This document shows, one piece after another, positions 12,056 to 25,300 of a stretch of 64,000 nt of DNA. Both the position numbers and the translations under genes were made by a program. This stretch comes from Yuukianura sp. NJ FZ-2021 (lineage: Eukaryota). Numbering within the stretch: the first letter of the stretch is position 1; each line of letters starts with the position of its first letter. Under the pieces are notes generated by a model that worked only from the letters and a program-made list of their open reading frames with translations, made no database searches and was not told the DNA's origin. Location: the NCBI GenBank assembly GCA_046563655.1, contig CM102286.1, forward strand, positions 4,960,001 to 5,024,000. The letters run 5' to 3'.

Positions 12056-13141
12056 CCTCATGCTGTATTGCGTAATAGTGGTCCATTGGATTCGTGCCAT
12101 TAATTCTGGAATTGTTTTAAACGGACATAGCATATCGTTGTTTCAAAAAAAAATTGAACTAATGGTGGAATGCTACAAAAATGGACAAGGAAAGTATTAG
12201 TTTTCACCTTTGTTCATAAGAGTTCTAATGTCATCGTTTGTTCTCTGTTCGTATCCTGGAAATGGGCGGTTTCAGTTTTCAGTATTCTCTTTGCCAATTT
12301 AAAAAAAAATCTGCGTCGGCTTTACCAATGTTTTTTAGTACTAGATCCTATAGATAATTGCAATTCAATTAAATTACTAAACAAAAACAGGTTTTGACAG
12401 CAACCGTCGCGTGATACAATTTTTGCAAATACGGCCAATTGTGGCAGGTATTGTTTTCGACGAAAAATTGAAGCAAAATTAGGCATTCCAAAAAATTCGT
12501 GCGTTGTTTAACTTTTTTTGTAACCTTGAAGTAACAATAATTATTCAACTAACCTCGTTTAAAATAAAACAATGAAAGTTGCAAGAAATACTTATTTGCA
12601 TGTATAATAGAATTTCGAAGCATAATATAATTAATAACTTCCGAAAAGAAATTTTTAACAAAATAAAAAAAAATTAACACAACGTTTTTTTTTCCAGAAG
12701 CCTTTTCTCGAACTCATTTCTTCTAGTGCAATTTTCAGTCAACTATTTTTTGTCATATTTTTGTTTCCGGCTTTAGCTTTTTTTAAAGCCTTTTTTTAAG
12801 AAAAAGGAAGTGTAAAAACACTTCTATCAAAAACAGATAATTCCGTTTATGCTGAGGCGATCCTTCCAAGAAAAATGCAGTATAAGTATTAGAGCTAAAA
12901 AGCAACACATGCAAACACAAGACGGTTCTTTCAATAGAAAAGGCTTATTTCTCGTTAAAAAGAGTTTTAAAAAAAGAAATTCAGGTATAATTTCAGCCAA
13001 AAGGCACCAAAGTCATGGCGAAGTTGGAGACAAACTTAATTTTTACTTACTCCTGACAAAGTGTTGTCACTGTCGATTATTATTTAAGCATTAACGAGTT
13101 CTCCCTTTGTGAGCTGTTTGAAGTCAAGCAGGTCAAAGGTC

Positions 13142-16100
13142 ATGGGCTGGAGAGAGTTTCTGGTTCTTCGACGGGCAAATCTCAATTTCATTATAGGAAT
13201 CTGCCTTGGCATCACTTTAGGACTCACTGTGATTCCGCTATTGGAATTTCATTGTGGTGTACTAACTGTACATAAGGGAAGCGTCCGTTTAACAGGTCAA
13301 CGCTTTGGACGATCTGTGTCCGGGAGTAATCGCATTGAGGTTGACCTTGGACACTCAGCAGAAGATGCTGGGGTTAAAGTCTTAAGAAAACCGCGGGAAG
13401 CTGTGCTCCCGCCTCTGTTTCGACCGAGATACGCATCAACAGAACTCGGCTTACGGAAGAAATTGCTTGTGGGTGTCGTTTTGACAGACGCTTCCACCAT
13501 CGGTATTGAAAGGCTCATACGAATCAACCAAACGCTGCGGCATACTGTAGACAAACTTATTTTCTTTGTGAATGGGACCTCTGGAGAAGTGAATGGTGCA
13601 AATCAGCGACTGCGTGAACTTGGCTTGACCGGTATAGTTCCAATTGAGGTCAAACTTAATGGGGTCCTAGACAATCCGGGTCTTTTAGCCCACCACCTAA
13701 CTCTGCGGGCCCTCAACTACTTTGGCTCAAAGTTCATCGACAATTTTGACTACTTTTTCATAAGTCTGGACAGAGGCTATGTCAGCGGCAGAAACTTGAT
13801 GAAGGCAGTCAAGAAAATCAGTGTCGCTGAAAATGTTTTGTGGGGAGTTCCAAGGCCAGGGTTACTCCCAACCACTGGAAATGTTGCTTGTCACATAGGT
13901 AAAACTGAAACTGTTTTTTTAAAAATCTTTTCTGAAATTCTAAAATTGGAAAGCTTTCGAAGGTTGAGGGATTCTTTTTCTTTACTGTAGATTTTGGATT
14001 TGTGATTAGCAGAAACGTTTTGAAGTCTATTAGAGACCAGATTTCCCGCTGCTGGAACAGTGGCGTGTTACGTGACACTCATGGCACAAATGTCACGCTT
14101 TGTCTTGAGTACATGATAGGCAATGTCAGTTGTCGAAACGAAATACAAGTAAATCTCGTAACAATCAGCAAAAATGAAATGAAATTTAGAGCTATAACTT
14201 TCATCCTGTCGAAATTTTAGAATCAAGTTTACAGGGTAGCAGAGGGCGCTGTTCTACAAAAGCAAAATTGGACTCGGAATGTCATCTTTGCTGTACCGAT
14301 TTCTACTGCGCAAGGAATTCTCCAAGTTCATGGATTGTTCTGTCGGGTATGTTTGAATACCAGAATTTGACACAAAAATGACCAAAATTTAAACTGATAA
14401 AATTGATAAGTGATGTGCTTGGTTTTGTGGTTTTCAGGGTCGGAAGTTAGAAATCGACGAAGAAATCGGAAGACTTCGTGATTTGATTCTTCAACTGCAA
14501 CCTAAAGTACCTGACCCTTGGAAAAAATATACTTGGCCAATTGGTCTTCCCTCGTCGATCCAGCCTAAGAACCGTTTCGAAGTCACTCCTTGGACATACT
14601 TCACCGCTGACAAAATGTATTGCCAGAATTCAGTAAGTGTTGTCAAAATACTTGGAGGAGTTGACAAGAAAGACGTTGAAAACGTTTTGAAAATGGCTAA
14701 AGGATTCTTCGAAAACAAAAACCCCTCTGCTGAAATCCTTAGTCGAAATGAAGACATTTTCGAATTCGATTCTGGGTACAGAAGATTTTCTCCAACACGA
14801 GGTATGGAGTATCTCTTGGATTTTAAACAGAAGCTTACCGGACACCATTTGAGGTAAAAGTAGTTTATAAAATTCAATTATTTTTTTTATACAAAGTTTC
14901 TTCGTTCGTTCTTGATCTGTTGCTTTGCTTGTAAGTATTGTTTGATTTGTGAAATTGAGTGATGTTTATGCCTTCTTCGGTGCCACAATGGCTTCCAATT
15001 GTTGCTGTAATAGAAATGTGAAAATCGGATCAAATGTCAACAGAGTTCAATCGCTAATGAGATTTTCAGCGTAGTACCTTGATTTGATTGTTTGCTTTTT
15101 TGAGAAACGCAATTTCTTCAGCATGTTTCACTTCTTCACTTTGCTTCTGATCGGCAAACTTGGTCTGGATTGCATCCATTCTGCCTTGCAAATCAGCGAC
15201 AGCCGCTTCAAGTGATTCCTTTTCATCATGCATCTCCTTGATCTTTGCCTCCAAATCAGATTTCCCACTTTCTGCCATAAGCGCCTTCCGCATTCCATAG
15301 GCAGTAGAACTCTCGTAGAGAGTGCGATACGCTTCAAGCGTCATGTAGATTTCGTCACGAACACGAAGCAGCAAAATCCCGCGCTCGGCGCAGTTGATTG
15401 TCACTTGACGAATCAATTCATCTGAAACAAACAAGTTTACCTAAGTGTTGGCAGATTAATTTGAAAGTTATGGTTGACATTTACCGAAAGTTTGAGCATA
15501 AAGTTCACGCCGAATTGGGCAAATTCCGGTTTCACGAGCCTGCATTTGCTTGAGCCGCATGTTGAGCTGTTCCTCGAGGCTGATCACATCTTGGCGCGTT
15601 GCTGGAACAGTTGACACCTAAAGTCAAAGGTCAAAAAGTTACTAAAAGTTACAAAATAACGCAGTTGGTTACTACAAACTGGAGTTTCTTACAGTTTGAC
15701 GCCAGAGATTCCCGGCTTCATCTCTCCACTGACGTGGTGGCAGAATGGCGTTGAGAATTTCTTCAGTTTCCTTTTTGCTCATGGCGGAATCTCCTGCGCA
15801 ATATCCGGGAGCACTGAGCACCACTCCAGTGACGGCGGACAGTGCCGTGTCTTTGTCATGTGGTTGAACCAACTGGCTAAGCTTCTCCTGGAACATCAAA
15901 AAGAAAATTATTGAAGAAAGTATTTTGAATAACTTTAAATCAAAAGTTTATGTTAACTTGCCTTTTTAAGCTCATGCGTTGCAATCAGAAACGGAGTGTC
16001 GTACTTGACAAGCGTCGTTTGCGTTCCGGCCAAAGCCAAGGCATCTCCAGGCTTTTCGGCTTTTGGCAGTTTACTCAAATGCTTGGAAGCTTCCATACGC

Positions 16101-17564
16101 GTATCGGGTGCCTCCATGTTGACTTTTGATTGGTTCTACTTGTTACCCTTGACCCCTTGATCTGTGTAACTTTAACACCAAAAGCAACAGCGAACGTTCT
16201 CACTAGCAGTTGCAATCCCCGAGTCGTGCCAGCTTAGCGAGGTTTTTTGCTTCTGAAATTCCGAAAGTCTCCGTTTTGTCGATAAACAACTGTTGCGCCA
16301 ACACAAACAAACGACATTGTTTAAAAAAATCCTAGGCAACACGATGGTTTGATTTGGCATTTTTTTTTATGAAAATCGTACCGTGTGGTTACTTCATTTT
16401 GAATGGAATAACGCGAATTGGCACGAAATTAAAAAAAAACGGATTATTGAAGTTGCGTCTATTACTTCTTATGCATATTATAACTAGTATTGTACAGAAA
16501 TAAAATGCATAAATAAGAACCGGAAGAGATAATTTTCGATTTTCATTTTTTTGTAGGGTACAAGGACTAAGGGCTCAGATGAGTGCCGTTGAAATTGTGC
16601 CGGTACCATTCACGCCCGAAGACAAACGTCCGGTAATCGTTGTACCTATCACGAAGATCTCCATGGACGAGACCGAGCATTTCCTTCGTTACTGGTTTAC
16701 AACGTCTGAAATAAAGCGTGAAAACGCTGACATCATGCTAGTTCTAGTCCAAAACGTTATCGGATCCGACACTACTAGTGACTTCCTTCTCAGCCCAGAT
16801 GAAGCAACTCATTTGGCCCAAGTGATCTCCAAATTAATCGATACCTCTCATCCAAAGCTTCATTCTGCCAAAACTCGAGGAAAAGTTGGCAAGGTCAATG
16901 TGCAATTCACAGTTGTTCATCTTCCTGTCAACGCTCACATCCCACTGGGCATTCTGGATGATTTGGGCAAGCGAAGACTGGTTCTTGATTCTGCGCTGAT
17001 CTTGTTCCTGGAACCAAACGTGAGACTGAAGGAAGACTTCCTAAACCGTTCCAGACTACAAACGATTTCGGGGTACCAAGTATTCAGTCCTATACCGTTT
17101 GTTGAATACGAACCAGGGGTCAAGGGTGACCCACTCCATGAACCTCATGTGAACAAGGACGAAGGAGCGTTTAACCCTGGCGAATTCAGAATTATCAGCT
17201 TCTATTACTCAGACTACTTAGCTGGTCATTGAAAAATTTGAAAAAATCAAATACCTTACTTCTACAGCATCACGCATTTGAACTGATTATGATATTTTGT
17301 TGGTTCCTAGGTCGGAGAAAGCTAGGAACTGGTGTTAATCAGCTAGTTACAAGTGCTGATGATGGGAAGGCATTAGTTGAAGTATTCGTCAAAGGAACTT
17401 CTCTTCATGTTTTCCGGGCAGTTGACCCTGACTTGACCTTGCGAAGTGTTGCTATAATGACGCGTAAAAACTGTGATCGGGATTTAGATAAATGCGTTGG
17501 TAAATTGTGGGGATCAGCAACTCATTTGGCAAAAGTAGTGACGGGCGCAGGCTTTTCTGAATAG
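13142..17564 (+). CDS. CHPF: Chondroitin polymerizing factor (chondroitin sulfate synthase 2), 6 exons
   Basis: Exons 13142-13898, 13991-14148, 14221-14346, 14438-14853, 16557-17224, 17311-17564. N-terminal TM anchor and motifs PRYASTELGLRKKLLVGV, WPIGLP..PKNRFEV..W.YF, GYRRFSPTRGMEYLLD, FLNRSRLQTISGYQVFSPIPFVEY, LHVFRAVDP. Confidence 0.92.
14966..16117 (-). CDS. DNALI1: Axonemal inner dynein arm light intermediate chain p28/p33, nested in CHPF intron 4
   Basis: Exons 16117-15962, 15887-15693, 15617-15485, 15421-15078, 15004-14966. Motifs LVKYDTP, EEILNAILPPRQW, QARETGICPIRRELYAQ, ELIRQVTINCAERGILLLRVRDE, YESSTAYGMRKAL; ends QQLEAIVAPKKA*. Confidence 0.95.
16282..16340 (-). promoter_or_regulatory. 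Candidate RFX X-box-like and forkhead (RYMAAYA) sites upstream of DNALI1
   Basis: CCTAGGCAAC (16331-16340), GTTGCGCCAAC (16292-16302), ATAAACA (16282) and ACAAACA (16303) lie 165-225 nt upstream of the DNALI1 ATG. Confidence 0.45.
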
Positions 17565-17756
17565 ACGATGTTTGTATTTATAAATTAAGTGTAAGTAATG
17601 TATCATTTAACATAGTACAATGTACAGACGCGTCTCCGATGTCGCCGTCGTCCTCGAGCACATCACTGGTATCGCTGATCACATCTTGTGATTCAAGTCG
17701 CAAAATGTTACGCAATTTTTAGGCAGTAACATTCCAGATATTTGCTTGCTGGATTT

Positions 17757-18247
17757 CTAATCCTCTTTCTCCAGTTTATCAAAGCCTGGAACTGACTCGG
17801 TATGGAAGTAAGCACGATAAATAAAGTTGCCAAGCGCAATGTGAAGAAAGATGACAGCGACAAATGAGCTGTAGAGGTTTGAGTGCATAGAATCCAACTG
17901 GAAAATTGCTGTAATTAAACAATATAATCACACAGGTGAGCTGAATACAAAGATTAAAAGCTGCCTTAGCTGTACTCCTTACTATCATAACGTTTGTCTT
18001 ACCGTCAAAAATGTAGAGCTTCGCAATGAAGAATGTGACAATCGGAGAGAGTATGATGAAAAGACAGTGTTTCAACACTGTGGTAAAAATGTCTTGCTCG
18101 CTCATTCCAGCTTTCACCACCTAAATTGCAACTAAGAAAGTTAAAAATGCCGACCCATTATGGAAAATGTCAATTCATAATCTCCGCCTATAACTGAAAA
18201 GGAGACTACATCCAGCACCAGCTTACCCCAGTTGCAGCCGTAGACAT
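17757..18247 (-). CDS. VMA21: Vacuolar ATPase assembly integral membrane protein VMA21, 3 exons
   Basis: Exons 18247-18227, 18120-18003 and ~17908-17757. Protein has two TM segments (..VLKHCLFIILSPIVTFFIAK..; ..SNLYSSFVAVIFLHIALGNFIYRAYF..) and a C-terminal KLEKED* ER-retrieval-like tail. Confidence 0.88.
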
Positions 18248-19153
18248 CTTTGGCCGTGGCGATGTTTCGTACGGTAAATTTGGAATTAGAGACAGAGGCT
18301 GCCGTAAGAGGATGTCAAAACAACTGTAAAAACAAACAAAGGACTCAATGAAGGTGTTGGTTATTTTTATATTCGAAGTTTCACGTCTGATAAAAATCAG
18401 GGAAGTGACGTTAGTAACGTTACTAACGTTTAAAACGCGTTTAAATTATAAATTCTGGAAAAATATTTTATTTTTTTTCTATTTTGCCTACTTACAACGC
18501 AAATCGGCAAATCCCCACTGTACTAAAAGTGGGGATTTGATGCAGGCTCAAGTGATCTCAAACTGGATCTCTGCCGCGTGGGTGGTATTGCTGTCAGTTA
18601 ATATTAATCTTTACCAATTTTGTAAAACTTCTGCTACGCTACGTGCTGCAATTGATCAAGTAGTAGCAAACAGAAGATGCAAAACGAGAAAACGACAAAA
18701 CTATGTTTTTAAAATTAAACTGGAACACTGGAAGCTTACCTGCGAATACGTTCTTAGAATACTGCTTGCTATTATGTACGATTTTGATTTACGTCATTCG
18801 TGTAGACAACAGTATAGTTACTCCGTCCAACTTCCTAAGCTTAATTTAGTAACTTAGTTTTTCGTTTAGTTATGTAGATGCTGAATTTGGGTGGGACCGT
18901 GCGAGGTGACTGAAGTTTCTAATCCAAAATCCAAATGCAAATCAAAACTTCACTTTTTTTTTATTTTAGTCTCCTCCTTCCCGCCTCTGTGAAATAAAAT
19001 TTGCACAACTTTTCTCAATTGCAGGAGTTAACATTTAAAAGTTACAGTAACAACATCCACATAACTCCGTAGTATGATCCGGTTTAATTTTCATTCTACT
19101 ATTTCGTTTATTGTCACTGTAATATAAATTTCCAACAAACGTTTTTATTCAGA

Positions 19154-19729
19154 CTATTTCGAGGGTTTGTCCGGACTCGATGTAGCGATTCCAGCCTTTT
19201 CAAATTGTTGCTCTAGTTCGCCATTTTTATGCATCTCCAAGAAGATATCACATCCTCCAACGAACTGACCATTGATATAAATTTGTGGTATTGTTGGCCA
19301 GTTCGAGTATTCCTTGATGCCTGTAATAAAAACCAAATGCGAGTTACGGGGCTATATTATTTGAGTTTTAGCTGAAAAGGTGAAGTCACCTTGTCGGATG
19401 CTTTCGTTCTGCAGAACGTCGTAAGAGTCGTAGGACGTAACACCATGCATTCTCAAAACTTGGACAACAGCATTACTGAATCCGCATCTCGGTTCTTCGG
19501 GAACGCCCTTCATGAAAACGACTAGTTTCTTGTTCTTGACCAATTTATCAATTTCTTCCTTAGATGCTGGGGCTGGTTTGGATCCAGATGAACTTAATCG
19601 ATAGATGCTCGACAACGGAAGCGGAAGTCTATTGGGCAATCCATAGCTGCTACTTCCTTGACCTCGGCTTGCTGTCGCTGCCATTGAATTTATGCACAAT
19701 CGCTGGAGTACACGAAACGTTAGGCTCAT
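19154..19729 (-). CDS. GLRX5: Mitochondrial monothiol glutaredoxin 5, 2 exons
   Basis: Exons 19729-19390 and 19320-19154. Basic/Ser-rich transit peptide, [17 protein letters not shown] (CGFS active site), [26 protein letters not shown]. Confidence 0.96.
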
Positions 19730-22019
19730 ATTGCCGAAATCACGAAATCTTAAAAATTAGTTTCCAAAAAGTGTGTCAAGAGCTTTTCCTCCGAAATTAC
19801 GTAACTCCAGATGCTCAAATTAATGTTTTCAAGCATAAATTTTCAATAATGTCAATTTCAACTACTAGTACTTTAAATTTAAAAATCTCAAAACGTACGA
19901 ATTTAGTGCAATTTCTGTTTTTATGAAATGAATGAATTGTTTTGTTGATCTTGATAATAATTCAGCTCACTGTAAGAATTTGGCGGTAGATTCTTCGTAA
20001 GTGCGTTTATCACATGTAGATGGTGCGACATCGCCGTCATTCGAAACACCAACACCACACGCTAAAATCATCCCCCTCTCTAACTACTAGAAAGAATAAA
20101 CTACCCCTACACCCCGTCGAATATAACAACAACTTTTTCATTTTTCAATTAATTTATGTTTAATATTGTTATTATGTTTTGAGCATTAAAAAGTTTACTA
20201 TTACACCAGTATGTACTGAAAGGTGTTGTGCTGGATGACGCAGTATGTTACAATATTTGTGCTGAACTTACACTTTATGAGGAATAGGAATTAACATATT
20301 AACCGCAAGGATCGAGCAAACGATAATGCACACGCAAAAAATATTCATTTCGGATTTAAAATCTGTCTTCTTGACATGACAAGCTGTTCTGTTGGCGTTT
20401 TTTTTACGTCAGGGTTCAAAATGTGAATCTTTTGATGTCAAAAATTGTTTACTCTTCAAAACTTTTAGTAAAGCCCCATAGATCTGCATTTTTAAAATTT
20501 ATTTGCTGTTCTGACACTGTCATCTGCATCCCGACATTTCATAATTTACACAAAATTTACACAAAATTTTGAAAAGCTTTGGCGTTTTTGTACAATCAGG
20601 GAAAGTTTAAGGTTGAGAATTTTGCATGAACTTTTTCTATGTAAACAAGTTCAGTAACAGGTTAACGTCTCTGAGTTTGTACGTCAAATAATCGTCAAAA
20701 AATCGTGTTCTTGGCATCCACCTCTAAGTTCCTGTCACTTGTCAACCTGCAGAGGTCATTTGGAGTCTCAGATGTCATATGTCAAGGGGACGTAAAGGGC
20801 CTCACCCTTCCCTTGTTTGTGTGAATGTTTTTATATTGCCCGTGAAAATCTGGGCCCTTCTGTTGGCCCCTTTGCCTGCCCCGTCAATTGTGTGATGTGT
20901 CGCCAATGTGTGTGCCTACTTTGAATGTTAATACCGAATTGAAACAGTAGATGAATATTCCAGTCAGTTCCGAATGGGATATTCGGAGGGCTACTTTAGT
21001 TGGGTTTCGGATTTAAATCTGATCTCCGGTTGTTCTGACCCAGACCCAGCGTCCCTGGAACAAAAGATTAGGGTAGGTATCCAGTATGGACACAAACAGA
21101 AAAATAAGGCTATTCCAATTTCATGAATTCTACACAAAAAGTAGCCCTTTTGTATATTAGGTGGATACGTTCTTTTCAGTTCTGAATTTGAGATGATGAT
21201 GATGACAAATAAGGGGCACAATCAAGACCAGAAACCCACCAACAGACGACCAGAAACCGAAGGGCCCCCGGTTCCCACATTTTCCTTTGTTCAATGTTAC
21301 ACTCTTGCATCAGATGAATTTTTATTTTGTGGTTAGCGTTGAGGAAATAATTTTTTTGCATTTGATAACTTAGATTTTTAAAATTCAAATTATGAAAATT
21401 TACACCAGCCAAGCCTCATATTTTGTGTTGCTCCAAAAAAAATTATACACTTTTTTTTTGTAGTGATGCATTTACAATTTTCAAATTTCGAAAATTGGGT
21501 TCACAAATGTAAAGAAGGCGTTGGGTACAAAAGCTGAATTTTTTAAGAGATTTCAAAAATTTGTCTGAAATCACCGCTGTTTGAATTCTGCTTATGAGAA
21601 ACTACTGTCTCACTAGTTAGAGTTTAAATTATGGTTTTGCGCAATTCAAGTTTCTACTTATGGTTTTCTGATCTTTTTCTAGTTTGAATTTCTGGTTTAT
21701 GTAACTGGTCCAAAATTTTGACGTGTGACACTGGAATGTTGAAAAAGAAAATAGAACTTGATTTTGGTGACGTTTTAGAAAACTTTGGAATGAATTGAAT
21801 GTGTCCTAGTACGAATCCCTGATGTTTGAGATCTTTGTGGCAACTGGAGTGCATTTGGGAGAAGCAACTGGCAACTTAATCCCTCGAATCTTCTTTTTTC
21901 CTTTTAGGCCTCCCGAATTTTTCCGTGATGGGTAAGTTAAGGGCAGGAGATCCAGAACTAAGGGGTCCCGGAGAGATACATTCGGAGTGGCAGCCTCACT
22001 TCAACCGCCGATCCACTTC

Positions 22020-22348
22020 AACCAGTCGTGACACACGCAGAGCACTCACCCTCTCCCTCTACTCTACTCTGCTCCTCATTCAACCAGGTACAATCAGCCC
22101 AATTAGAAAGCACGAACTCAACAACTTTCACCAAATCACTTCTACACCTACTGCCACTCATTCCCAATCACAATCAACAAAGCGAGCTTAATTCAAATGA
22201 CAATATCTTAGATACAAAGTGGTTTCCGGAAGTTTAGCGACACGGTGAATCACAATAAATTGTGATTCACATCGTAAACGATTCGTTTCATCTCGCATCA
22301 TCATTTCTGAACCTCGATTCTTGCAACTACACTGCTCGCAATATCAAG
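22020..22348 (+). other. Probable non-coding 5' exon of Otx-A
   Basis: C/A-rich UTR-like stretch ending in a strong donor AAG|GTATGT at 22348/22349. The next strong acceptor is ttcttgcag at ~26256, upstream of the Otx-A ATG. The start coordinate is approximate. Confidence 0.45.
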
Positions 22349-25300
22349 GTATGTTGAGTGAGTTATTGTTTATCAAGTATCATTGTTTATGAACTAACTA
22401 AACGTGTTGATTACCAAAAGACACTAGCAATCCACATTAGCTTTAACTCATAAAATTACTTTCGTTCATTTCTTTTCAATTTTTGGATTCAACTAGGGGA
22501 AACGTTCTTGGAAATTCCGAAACCTTTGAAAAAGTTTGGAGTTTAAAAAACCGACAGTCCATGTGTGTGATGCGATTTGAAATTTTGGTTAGCTATTCTA
22601 AGTTATTTTTAAACTGAAATGACCCCTTGAGTGAACTTTGTGTCCATTTCTGTTATGTTCCACAGTGCTACTTTAAAAAAAAGTTTTCCTATTCAATTAT
22701 GTTCTTAGAACCACAGCTTTTTAGTAGCCCCGCCTGTTCCGCCTCTTTGGTGTTTGACTAGAGTAAAATTAAGGGTTAAGGCTCCTTGACGGTGGTGGTC
22801 TCCCGAAGTATTGTTTTAAGCATTTTTTTAAATCCAAGTACCAACTGGTCCACCCAATGCTTAAGGGCCTTCGTCTTATACCTAGAATCGTTAAACGTCT
22901 GGTTACAATGACGATTTTGACACTTTTTTTCCGTTTTTTCTTAAACCGATGAAATTTTGACTTGTTTCCAGCAATCATGTAGTGAAATTATGCATTTTGA
23001 AATAAAGCTTGTAAGACGAAGTAAAACCGGATGGAAAGTGTGACTGTGAGTATCATTTAGCATGCGTATTAAAATTTACGAGAAATTTACGACAAAATTA
23101 AAGGAATGTTTGACTCACTTCCGAAATTCACTTTAAAATCGGATCACATTTTAAGAGCATTTAGGAAGTGTGCGTAAATACTGCACTTCCTAGCGGAGTA
23201 ATAGGCTTAGAATTACTAATCTCCAATCTTCTAATCCACTTCTCGTCTTTTGGTTTTAAGTCTCAGTTTAGAAACCGTTGTCTGAATTCAAGTCTCAAGG
23301 TTGTCGCTCACTCTCCATTGTCTCACCTATTGTATCTTTTGTTAAATTTTGGTCTTAGAAATTGGAGATGCATAGCTAATTTAGTGTTTAGGCAGAGAGG
23401 ACACTTGGTAAGCTGTCAGGAAAGACAAAAGAAAGTTTCCAAGGGACATTCAACTTGCGGTTAGTTCGTCCAATGTTCAATGTCCGGTAGTAGGAGAGGC
23501 CCTTAATAAGAGCAACTCATGATTCCTACACTATGATGTACAGTATGTTCATTAATCAAGTGGACATTCCTCGACATGATGCCCAGAGTCATGTACGCCT
23601 ATTAACACCAGTCCTGTCACCTCCACAATAACTAATGGTCACTGTCAGGAATGATCTTGTTCCTTATGCTAATCAACCAAGAGACTTGAGTTATCATAAT
23701 TCGGTTCGGTTGATGACGGGCGCAACTCCATTGTTCATCAAATTCTTTGGAACGTGATGCGTCATTTTGTGGGTTATGTCCATTGTATGAACAAAAGTTG
23801 ACCTTTGGAATATGTACGTTTGGGAACAAAAGAAAAACGTGAAATATGGCCATATATTTTTTTAAAAAGTTAGTTTAGCCCCCACGCACACATTTCCTGT
23901 GTCCAAATCCCATAAACAATAGGAATCTAGGAGGGCAGTTCATTGTTATGGTCCCAGATGAAGTGTAGCTCAAGTAAAACTCCAAGAAAAAGTTAAAGTT
24001 TTCCCATGGGCAGTTGTGATGGATGTTAATTGTTATTGGTTGGGATATGGTAGGCTGTACTGGGGTGTTAATTAATCCCTTAAAGCATAAATGTCATGTC
24101 GAAGTGGTCATTGACTCCTGATGAGGTCAAGCCCTCAAAGGCACCGGCCCTTAACACAGGCCACCGCCAACATAAACTCCTTGTTCTCTACAATTTTCTA
24201 ACCTAACAAACACCTAACTTTTAAAAGCACAGAAAATACATGGTTAGGTTACAAGGAAATTGTACATTATGAAAAGTACTACCTTTGATGCAGGTTGTTA
24301 CAATCGTGTTAATTAGTGCCTATTTGGAGCGGAAAACAAGGCATTTAGAAAAATGGAAATTTTTAACTTAAGTAGTAAATAAGCCTTTCAAATTTTTCAA
24401 AAAACAGGTGAACTAAAAACTCTGCTTTTCCTGAAGTTGGAAAGTGGTCCAGAAAAAGTGTTTGCGTGTCTATCGCCAATTTCTCTAATTGTGACCCACA
24501 ACAAAAGAACAAAGTTGTTGAGCTTGTTAGACATGGAACATGGAAGGCTCCCGGGAATTGAGCTCTCCCTTTGACTGATTTAAATCAATTTGTTAGTAAC
24601 TTAATTTAATAGTGTTCCGCTAGTTTCCTTTTATCTAAAGCTCTTCATTATCGAATTACACCACTTACCATTGAAATACACCGTTTACAACCTCAGCAAA
24701 CTTACTTGACTCGCCAAAAAAAAATTGCTTGTTATGCAATATGGACATCGTTAGTGAGTATTTGCTTATTCAAAAATCGCGGTAACAAAACGAAGTTTGT
24801 CAAAACTCGTCTGAATACAAAATATGAAATTAAAAATTCATCTTGTGGTTGTGGCCATCGCTCCTGTCAAAAATATCCAAAACTGTTTCGATAAAAAACA
24901 GAAAGTTGTAAATCCGGTTTTAGTACTTTATCAACAGTATGAAAATGAAAATTCAGAGGTCCACTTTAAGTACTAACGCTGGAAAAAAGCAATAGACATT
25001 TTACTAGAAGTAACTTCAAAATATGAATGAAATTTTTGAATTAGAAAAAAATATTTGAATCAGAATGAATTAAACAAAGTTTAAATTCTTAACTTCTAAA
25101 ACTTGAGTACAGCAGGAGACAAAAGTTCGAAATTTTCTTAAAAAGTAAAAGCTACGTCAGAATACAAATTGCTTTACTGTATTAATGGTCGCTACAACCA
25201 AAATTGTGTTTCGAATTCCAAAATGGCTGGTACATTCCAGTCAAGTTGTTAGTAAGATTTTTGAGAAGTGACAGTTTTTCAATTTCCAGTCAGAAGAGGC

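Noticed and set aside
17580..17705. Acidic-looking minus-strand frame (RLESQDVISDTSDVLEDDGD) downstream of VMA21
   Set aside because: It is not in frame with VMA21, has an upstream stop, and lacks an ATG or acceptor. Most likely shared 3' UTR space of convergent CHPF and VMA21.
18348..18857. 169-aa + strand ORF between VMA21 and GLRX5
   Set aside because: It has no recognisable motif, its composition is typical of AT-rich non-coding DNA, and it overlaps promoter and UTR sequence.
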